A DNA stretch of 64,000 bases from Seison nebaliae (Eukaryota): contig JALJEE010001331.1 in assembly GCA_023231475.1 (NCBI GenBank), forward strand, positions 1 through 64,000, in the 5' to 3' direction. Both the position numbers and the translations under genes were made by a program. Below, piece by piece: positions 53,824 through 64,000 of the stretch. Numbering within the stretch: the stretch's first letter is position 1; each line of letters starts with the position of its first letter. The notes below the pieces were generated by a model, which saw only the letters and a program-made list of their open reading frames with translations, was not told where the DNA came from and ran no database searches.

Positions 53824-56800
53824 ATGAAAGTTATGGACGGAAAGTCGAACAATTTCGTTAGTTCGACGATAGCCTCTCTTCAATCTAAATTCGAACCAAA
53901 CAAATCAAACTCTAAGTTTTCGTCCAGATATCAGCCAGCCAACAATAAGACATCTCATGTCCAAGTGAGATCAAACAAGTCCGACATTTTCAATAAACTA
54001 TCTAAGTTTGAGAATGATCTGCAAACCAATCGTAATAGTTTCAATAGAAGTAAAAAGTCTAGTGAATCAACTGACCAGATTAATTCACCCAAACAACTCT
54101 CATCCTCAAATTTAAGTAACAAAACATTCTTTTCGTCAGTCGGTTCGATTGATGAAGATAATAGTTTCAAGTTTAATATAAATAAATCAAAAACGAACGA
54201 GGATTTCAATGAACATAAACATTCTAACGTTCCTCAATCAAACTCATCCTCATCAACACTGACGTCCAAATCATTATCAACGTCAACAACATTATCAGAG
54301 TCGCCAACATCTACTTCATCTATAACGATAACAAAAAAGTTACAATCTTCTATCTTACCAATCGTATCATCATCAACATTAAATACATCGGCTAAATCAA
54401 CAACAACAACAAAAACAGCAGTGGCAGATGCAAGATTATGTTCTAATGAAATATCATCATCGAATATATCAGATTCCTTCTTACTCTCTAATTCTAAACC
54501 ATCACCGATTGATGATGATGTCATAAATATTCCAATAACATCAACAATGTCCGTTTTATCATCAGGCATCTCATCACCATTAATTACAACATCCGTTCCA
54601 ACATCCAGTTCTTCGTCATCTTCATTAACCAGTACACCTCTATCAGCGACAACTCTCCCATTTACATCATCAACAACATCTAAACAAATTACAGTGGAAG
54701 ATAATGATGTAATCAATTGGGAGAAAATCGAGCGAGTGCAACAGGAGAAGAAGGAGATAAGAAAGGAAATTGAAAGTAATTCTGACGATAAGAGTATTGG
54801 AATAAATAATGATAAAGAAAATTTTGAAAATGTTATCTTGGACGAGAGTGTCACTCCAACTAATAAATCAAATGCATCCTCAACGATTGGCGATGATTAT
54901 GGAAAGAGTAGAACTGATAAATTTGATTCCTCCATCACGTTCAATAACAACATGAACAATCATTTAAAAAGTTAATCCTATTTTCCTCCTATCAATAGTT
55001 CATAAGCGATGCCATTTATTTGTAAAAGAATGCCATTTATTCCTATAACTAACAGAAATGAATGAAGGAATAGGAATAAATTGACCCTTATTAATTTTCC
55101 TCTAAATTTATTATTAATCTTTTCATAATTTTTATTAATTGGCCCTCAGTTACTACATAGATGCCATAATCATTATGTTTTCGTCTCTCATTTTCTTACG
55201 AAAGAAGAGAATATACTAAATATTCGGAAGAATATTGCAAGACAAATTGATAAATGATATTCTACCATTTCTCTTCCTCATCATCATTGTCATCATTAGA
55301 ATTTAACATTTAATATGAAATTCATTTAAACATCAAGAAGAGTTAAACCGAATTGGAACAAGTTTAAAGAATTTCATCTTTATTTCATTTCTCATTATTT
55401 CCATCAATTAATAATTCAGAGTAATAAATTAATATTTATTCTCATGTGAAATCAGGAAGATTGGTTTAGAGTAAATCCGAAAGAAAAACTACTTTTTGCA
55501 CAAGTATTAATTTTCTGTAGTTGAATAAGCGTTCTTTCAGAGATGTATATTAATTCGACTTTTCCTTGAATCATTTCGAAATAAGTTCGTCGATGTAATG
55601 ATGAGGATATGTAATGTTTGATTAGTATGAGCATCATACCATTCAATAACATTCGAATCTGCCAATATATTCGATAGATATAGAGATGAACATTTCTACA
55701 TAACTATCCTATCAACTACTACCTATTTGTGTACGCTGTATTTGGGTATTGGGAGACTCTTATGAGACGTACTATCTACTTTCACTGAAGAAATAATATA
55801 ATTGTTCATAATAAGTAATAAATTGTGGAAGAATCTTGTACGAAAAAATGCCATTGAATCTCATGTGTAGAAATAGTGTAGTCTTAAATATATTATTATA
55901 AACTTTTCTACTTATTACTACTGAAATTCCAAAGATAGGAGGACTATACTATCTTCAAATTCTTCATCTACCCCATTCCCTTCGAATGGTGAGGAGACTG
56001 ATTATAGTAAACGAACGGAATTCTTACAAAATGTAAAAAGTGTTTAATTCAATTTTAAAGGTAACTCAAAAGTTCAAAATAGGTTCAACGAATTAAGGAT
56101 ACATAGCTACAGAACATGCATGTTTAATAATGAGGAAATGGCATTAGCTCCATGAAAGATTTCACAAGAATCATTTCTAATTAATCATATAAATTATAAT
56201 TTTTCTTATTATAAATTAAAGAGTTGGAGAAAGAGATAGAAATAGAAGCAGCAAATACAGAATCGCTTATTCAATCCCATTATGAGATCGAAGAAGAAAC
56301 GATAAAAGAAGAAGAAATCGAAGAAGAAGATATCAAAGAAGAAGAAGAAGAAGTTAAAGAAGAAGAAAACAAAGTAGAATCAGTAATCGACAAAGCAGAG
56401 TCAGGTAAAATAGAAGATAAGAATCTTCAATTATCTTCGGTAACATTTGGTCAGGATTCAAATGATCTTTTGGGGGTAAAGTGTGAATCGATTGAAATTA
56501 AATCAGCAACATCAATTGATGAATTCTCCTCATTTGGTCTCAATGAACATAATCTGATCAGTACGGAGAGTAAGAAGGCGATTGATAATCAATCTCCCAT
56601 CAATAATTTAACTTCTTCAACTACGAAAAATAATGAAACGATGGAAGAAGAGAAAATTGTTGATAAGAATAAAACTGAATCAGATTACCAAGATCAAACT
56701 GTTACCATGTCAACGTTGGATAATATGATGGATTTCCAAAATTCCGACGACGAAGAAGATGTGGAGCAACGACGTAAAAACATCGAAAAATTTGTCGACG

Positions 56801-59800
56801 AACAAAGAAAGTTGACAAAGGAGGAACTCGTCCAGAAGGCCTTATATCTCCAAAATGAGTATGAGAATGTTTATTTGCAGAAACAGGCACTTCAAGATGA
56901 ATTAGAAGAAATGAAATTGGAGATGGAGGAGTTGCAAGATCAATTTCGTGTTGAAGATGCCGATCAACTTCGAATTCTTCAATCCGAATTGGATTCTGCC
57001 CATCGTTCGTGTCGAGTGCTCCAATTTAAAGTAACAAGAAGTGAACGGAGAAATGATGCATTGGATGATGATAAATTTAAATTAGAAGAGAAAATAAGAG
57101 ATTTGTTGAGACAAAGTGAACGTCTTGAAGAATTGGAAGATGAACTGCAAATCGCAAAAGAAGTCAGTGTCCGTTTACATGCCGAATTGTTGCACAATGA
57201 ACAATGGAGAGTGGCGACTGAAAGATTGAATTGCCATTTACGTGAACAATTGGACACGCTAAAGGATGCGATTGATGGAAAGCTGAATATCAATGAAAAT
57301 GATCAGAAAGGAGAAGTAACTGAGAGAGAATTACATGATGATATTCATGTCTGGAGATTATCAAATGAATTATATGATTGTTTATTAAGAGAATATATGT
57401 TACAAGAAGAATTAGCTGTTCTCACAAGACAACAGTCAGTCAATCGCAATATAGCTAACAGTTCATCTTCTGCCGATCTCCCAAATAACAATCAAACAAA
57501 TGTGCAATTGCCAAATAATGATAGTTTAGCTGTTCGGGAATTAGGTCGAATGTTATCGAATGCTCAAGAGAAAAGTTCCGGTTTACGTGAAGATGTACGT
57601 CGATTAGAAAATGAATTATCAACAAAAAAACATGAAATTGATCAACTGAAAATTTCATTATCTCGTCGTTCTCGTTCGTCATCAAGATCTCGACGAACTA
57701 ACAACAATAACAATAATAATCAGAATGAGAATGGAGAAGAGAAGAAATCGAGAGCAAATGAATCAAAGACGATGGTCGATGACGGAGAAATGACATTAAT
57801 GAGAAATCGTATGTCTCGACTTGCTGACGATTTACAACAAGCTCAAGAAGACAATAATTTATTGGAAAGTCGATTGAAAGAAACGAAAAAACAGAAAATC
57901 GATCGTGCATCATCACCAGTTATGATGACGATGGAACCATCGAAAGAAATTTCAGAATTGAAAGAGCAAATATCTGATATGTTGGAAATAATGGAGGAGC
58001 AAGAACATGCGAAAAGAATTGCTGATAGAGAATTGCAGAATTTGAAAGAAATTATTGAAAAACAAAAAATATCGGAAGAAATGGAAAAGAAACAAGTTTC
58101 AATGGAATATATGGAATTGGTTGTTAATAATACGCAGAAACAGAAGGAAGTTGAGTTGAAATTACTGCAACAGAATATTGATGAATTGGAATCGATAAAT
58201 AAGAAGAAAGAAGAACAATTATTAGAATTGAATGACAAATATGTTAGTTTGAGAATCGAATTGGAAAAAAAGGAAAAGGACAACCAATTGCAAGTGATTC
58301 AGACGAAGTTGGGAGAAGAAGAAAAGAAAGTTTCAAAATTAGAAGGCGATTTGGAGAAAGCAAAAAAATCGATTGTAGAAGTTGTGCGGAAATTTGAAAT
58401 AGAGTTTGAGAAACGTCGAATGGATTTGATTACGAAGAAAGAGAATGAGTTAGTTGAATTGCAGAGATCGACACAACTCAAATTAAGTGAAATGACAAAG
58501 AAACATGAGAAGGAAAAGAATGAATTACAAATGAAAGAGCGTAAGCAAGATGAAACGTTCAAGAATGACCTTACAACAAATAATCAGAAATTTGATTTAT
58601 TAGAAAGGAAATTGAAAGACTTACAAAAGCAATTGAATGAGAAGAATGAAGAATTAAAGAAGCAGCATGTTCGACTAATTTCTCGTGGTGTCATTCCAAA
58701 CAAGATCTTGGAATCATCAGCATCTTCATTCGCTTTATCATCAACTACTCCATCAATTATGGCGAATAATCATAAAACAACGTCAACCGATTCCCAATTG
58801 AATATGACAACTGTCTCTTCGGGTAATACATCATCAAGATGGTCAACGACAAATGACCATCAGAATCATTATGAGAATGATGTGCATTTGAAAGAGATAA
58901 AGGAATTTGAAAGACTTTTAGAAATAAAAGAAACGGAAATTGATCGACAACAAAGAGAATTACGAGACTTGGCAGATGAAAAGTTGGAATTGCAAAAGAA
59001 GGTGCGACGATTGAAAGTAAAAATCGATTCAGGAGAAACCACATCGAAATTGAATAGAACTGAAATTGACAATTTCGAAACAAGATTGAATATGTTGAAC
59101 GCAGAGAATAACATGTTAAAGAAAGAAAAGAAGCAATTGCAGAATGAGAGTGATGATTTAAAAATTCAATTGGAACAAACTCAACAGAGACGACGATTGA
59201 AATCAGTTTATAGATCAACGAAAAATTCGGCAACCCAATGCTCGACCATGAATGAGGTAGAAGACAGATTGAATAGTGAAGTGAAAAACATGAAAGAAGA
59301 ATTGGAATGTGCAATTAATCAGACGAAAAAACTGATGAAAGAAAAGGAATTAGAGAGACAAGAGAATCGAAAGGAGATTCAAATGTTGAAAGAGAGATTG
59401 TTATTGAAAGACAAAGAAAAGATGAAGAAAGAATGTGAGAGGATAGAAACGTTAAAACGAGAATTAGATTACAATGAAATCGCTAGGAAAGAATTAAAGT
59501 CAGCTGCTGATAAATTGAGACAGAAATTACAAATGATCGATCAAGAAATGCATAGACATCAATTGGAAACTTCATTCGAAAAAGAGGAATGGAGTGTAGA
59601 ACGTGCGAATTTCTTGTCTCTAGTCAATTCGTTGCGTGAAGAGAATTCGAAATATTCCGGTTGTACATCATCTCAACAAGCAAAATATGAATGGACTAAG
59701 GAACGTCATGAATTGTTGAGAACTTTAGATTTATCGCATAATCTTAATCTGAATCTGAAGACGCAACTGAATAATAGTGAGCGAAAACAAACATCTTTAC

Positions 59801-62716
59801 TACATTCGATGACTGTGAAGAATTTGGATGATAATCCAAAAGAAGGTGCAACAGATAATTCAAAATATGAAGTAGAAAGTTCTCGTCATTTGATGAAAGC
59901 GTTGAAAGACGAGAATGAAACGTTATTAAATAAAGTACGTCAAATGGAAAAGATATGTATCGATGTTGACGCCGTTCGTGATCAGTTGTTTTTATTAAGA
60001 GATTCATATCATTCAGAAAAGAATGAATGGTCATTCAACAAACAATATTTGGAGGAACATATAGGAGAACTTGTTGAGATTAAAAATAACTTAACAAAGC
60101 AATTCGCTCAACTAAAAATGACACAATCAGAACCAAGTCAAAAGAAGAAAACTTTATCTGTTTCCACATCTCCAATCATTCTTCCACATGAACAAAGTAA
60201 ATTTAAATTCAACCTCAAAGAAAATGAAAATATCAAAAAAAATGAAAATAGTAAAAAGAAATTTCTACATATTAAACAATTATCTCCAATTGTTTCAAAG
60301 AAGCAAATCGAGACGGAGCCAGAGAATAATGCTTCTTCGAGAATTAGCGACACTGTTAAGTTGTTGACGAAACGATTTGAAAAATCTAAAGTGAAAAGTG
60401 TATCATCAGGTGAAGAGAAAGTTAAGGTATCAACATTAGTCAAAGTACAAGACAGAAGTAATACAATATTGGCGAAAATGGAAAAACAGAACTCAGTTTC
60501 ACGAACCGAATCGCCATCAAATACCACTATTCCACTATCGATGAGAGGTAAAGTGAAAAGTTTGGAGAATTCTTTTATTTTTCTGTTTGAATCTTTATTT
60601 TACTTAATATTTTCCAGAATCCTTCTTCAAGAAGACAACACAAGATGAAAAATCATCAACAGCAATTTCAAATATTCGAAATTCCAAATATAAATCGTCA
60701 ACTCTTCTTCCAGGCAAAGTCAAAGAAGTTAATTTTTCATTAGTACTTGTAAAGTACATCAATAACATTTCTCATTCTCACAATAGCCAACGACAATTAA
60801 TGAATTCTATTCATCGAGTGAAGATAAATTATTATCAGAGAATAGACAACCAACTAATACTCCGTCGAAGAATGGCGATGAATTAAATAAATTTGCAACA
60901 AGTCTTTTACAAGCTGATGACCAAAATACGAATGAAAAGAAATCAAAAAATTTCGAAGAAACTTTAGATGAGGTTACATCTTTTAGGAATACTTTTATTT
61001 AATAAATTGTTTAGGCGATGAAAAAATTGGAATCGTTGAAAGAACATTTGAGTTTATCAACCAGTGAAATTTTTCTGGGAAATGTTCCATTTGAAGAAAA
61101 GAAAAAAGTGAAATTATTAACATTGAACAAAAGTCATTTTTCTCCGATGAAAATTACGAAAAGGCAAGAGAGACAACCTTCACCGGCTGTCTTTTCACAA
61201 ACCCAACTCGCTAATAAGATTCTGGGAATGAACATCATGAACAGAAGAAGTAAAAGTCGAGAGAAAAGTGTAGGGAAACGATTAAATACTCCAGTGGTGA
61301 TATTACCTTCTCATTTCCCCGATATTACTGCCACCAATGACACTGGAGCATCCATCGAAAATTTATTAAACTCAACTGAAATTCTTGATAAATCATCTCC
61401 TAATCGAACTCCAATTCTCATACCTCAAACGTTGAGTACGCCAAAACAGAATGGATTTGTCTCAGATAAAAACGGAAAGTCATCGACTCGGTCGATCTCA
61501 ACTCCAAAATCACAAAAATCGAATTTGGGTAATTTGCTAAAAAGACCAAATAAGATACCATTAAACTTCTCCAATAATTCTTCTACACCTGAATCGTCTC
61601 CAGGCAGAAAAACTGATAGAAGAATCTGGCGATCGATATCTCCATGGAACGGTTTTTTCTTTTGCTTTTCAATTTTTATTTCAAATTTTCTTTCAAATTT
61701 ATTTTTTAGGATTAAGAAGTCGTTCATCGTCTCGTGATCGTGAAGGGAAGACATCTGAAAGTAAATTGAATTTATTAAAACAAATTTCGTTGAAGAAACA
61801 GAAAATCGAAGAAAAGGATGAAAACGAGAATGAATATGAAATGTCTGACAACAATTCAATGGTGAAAAATGACGAATTAATGGAGACATCTGTAGAGATT
61901 CTTCGAGAACTTCATCCATCGAATCGGATTGATTTAGGAACGGATTCTAATAAGTCGATTAATGATTCAAATTCAAATAAACCTATCTCTCGTCAAGTGA
62001 CGTTCAGTGACGATATTCGAATATCTGAAAATAGTCAAACAATTCACGAATATCAACAAGCTTCTAATGCTGCAGTTGGTTATGCGTCAATGAGAAGTAA
62101 TTATTCAACTGATCATACATTGTCACCAAATTCACCACAATTATATATGAATAATTCCACAACTAATTCCATCATGGATGCCGATGAACATTTTATGAAT
62201 AATGGACAAATAGAAAATAATAATGAAATTATACCGGAGTCATCATCAAATCATCCATATTGGTCAGTCGATCATGTTACTCAAGATACAATTCCAGATT
62301 TAGTCCAATCGACGGTTCCCACTCGATCTCAACGTTTATATAATAAAATTTCCAAAAAATCAATGAATAAAAATAGCAGTAATAACAATAATAGTCACAA
62401 CAACAACAACAATAATAATACTAATGGAAATTCTTTAAATAGATTCCAATCGTCCAAAAATAAAAGTTCAAGTTATTTCCCTTCGTCTCTTCTCATAAAT
62501 TCTTAATATGTTCGATTTTAATCATATCGTGCAGTAGATAAAGAGAATAACCAAAGTACAGTAGAATCACCAAATCCCAATAAGAATATCAATACCAATT
62601 ATAGATGTAGTAGTGTAGATAGTCGTTCGTCAAGCTGCTCATCCAATACACGTCTTATGTCCAGTACGGCTAGACCGTTGATGATGGGCAATAATGGAAT
62701 GGAAGAAAACTATTAA
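53824..62716 (+). CDS. SOGA/MTCL1-family long coiled-coil protein, about 7 exons
   Basis: SOGA-like motifs ELEEMKLEMEELQDQFRVEDADQLRILQSELDSAHRSCRVLQFKV and LEDELQIAKEVSVRLHAEL. Downstream exons join via GTT..AG introns to a stop at 62714-62716. Linkage of the Ser/Thr-rich 53824-54970 exon via a 1251-nt intron (54971-56221) is frame-consistent but less sure. Confidence 0.75.
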
Positions 62717-64000
62717 GCCATCACAACATCTTTCTTTAAAAGAAAACTTAGTTCTATTTCTATTTTTTTGCCGATAATTATATATACGATAATTGAAAAT
62801 TTTGTTAATTACTTTTTGTAAAGATTTCTATTTATTTCTAACTCCGTCAACTCACTCTCTTTACTTATCTAAAAACTAATTGCCCAATATTACGGAATTT
62901 CTACTAAGAACTGAATAAAGACAACTTCACTTTTTTTTTCATGCAACAAACAAACCGATCTTTCCCTTTCTTTTTTCCACCATCTTCCCAGATATTTCTA
63001 AATATTAGAAATATTCTAATTTATTTCAATCAATTTTTGTTTAGTAACAAATTTCTTTCGCAACAATTTATCTTTTTCATCAAATTAAAATATTTTCCAG
63101 AAAATTTTTTCACCATTTGATTTCAATTTTGTTTAAGAAATTGATAAATTATTATAAAATCTTGATAAAACCTTATACAATGAAAACTTAATGATGAATA
63201 TTAAATAAAATTCTATAGAAATGTAATTAATCTATATATTATATAATAAAACGTTTATATACACCAATTTGAGAAATGAATGGATTTTGTGACAAATGCT
63301 GAGTTAGACAATTGCTTCTCTTTTTTTTCAATCACTTTAGTTTCACTTCACATTTTAAAAATTGCCAACTTAGAACTTAACAAAAATTTTTTTTTTGAAG
63401 TTTTTTCCCATTGGGTTCGAAATATCTTCACTAATATCTAGTCAAACATATCGTAATGGGCACCATTGGATAGTGGATAAAAAATACTTTAAGAATATAT
63501 GCTTTTTTATTATTCTCTGCTTAACTACTTTTAAATGCAAAAAACTAAAGTGGTTGGAAAAAAAGAGGAGCAATTGTCTCACTCAACATTTTATCATCAC
63601 TCACAATGTCAGAGGAGGAATATGCCCATATTAGTAGATCCGTTAAATTCTAGATCACTAACCTTTTTAACCAATTCAATCCAACCAATCAATATAACAA
63701 AAATTATTATCGTTGAATCTGGTCAATTGTATTGTTGACAAAGTGAGACAATGAAAACTGTCAATTGAAACTAATTCTGCAATTGTTAATATTTTTAGTT
63801 TTTCGCTTGAGAATTAATGTTTATACACTGTTGATCAACTGAAGTCATAAAATTATTTCGGATAAGAACACAAAGATTCAATTTATTTTTAAAAACAAAT
63901 CACAATCAATAATATTTAATTAATAAATTACCGATAAAAAACCTTGTTGGAACGGAAATAAATTGAATAAACGAATATCGAAAAAATTAATAAATCAAGC

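Noticed and set aside
8854..61919. Many antisense or alternate-frame track ORFs (e.g. 54234-54854, 57843-58283, 58757-59314, 61425-61919)
   Set aside because: They are shadows of long, codon-biased real exons on the opposite strand.

Overview
This is AT-rich eukaryotic (animal) genomic DNA from a compact, intron-dense genome; the species cannot be determined from the window. By hand-splicing the ORF fragments I reconstructed 13 protein-coding genes. Recognisable ones are PITHD1, INTS9, a TSSK-family kinase, ZRANB1/TRABID, a SID-1/SIDT membrane protein, a SOGA/MTCL1 coiled-coil protein and a FRAS1/FREM-family protein, which carries an NCS/recoverin-family gene nested antisense in its first intron. 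The others are a BEN-domain protein, a tandem pair of 4-TM orphans, an intronless intermediate filament-pseudokinase fusion and a small secreted protein resembling matrix Gla protein. Two decayed 5'-truncated LINE copies are also present. The strongest signal is the splicing grammar: about 56 of about 58 inferred introns begin with GTT instead of GT(A/G)AGT, are usually preceded by an exonic A, have no +4..+6 consensus, and are mostly 36-74 nt long, suggesting re-wired 5' splice-site recognition. All family assignments are by-eye motif recognition; no database searches were run.
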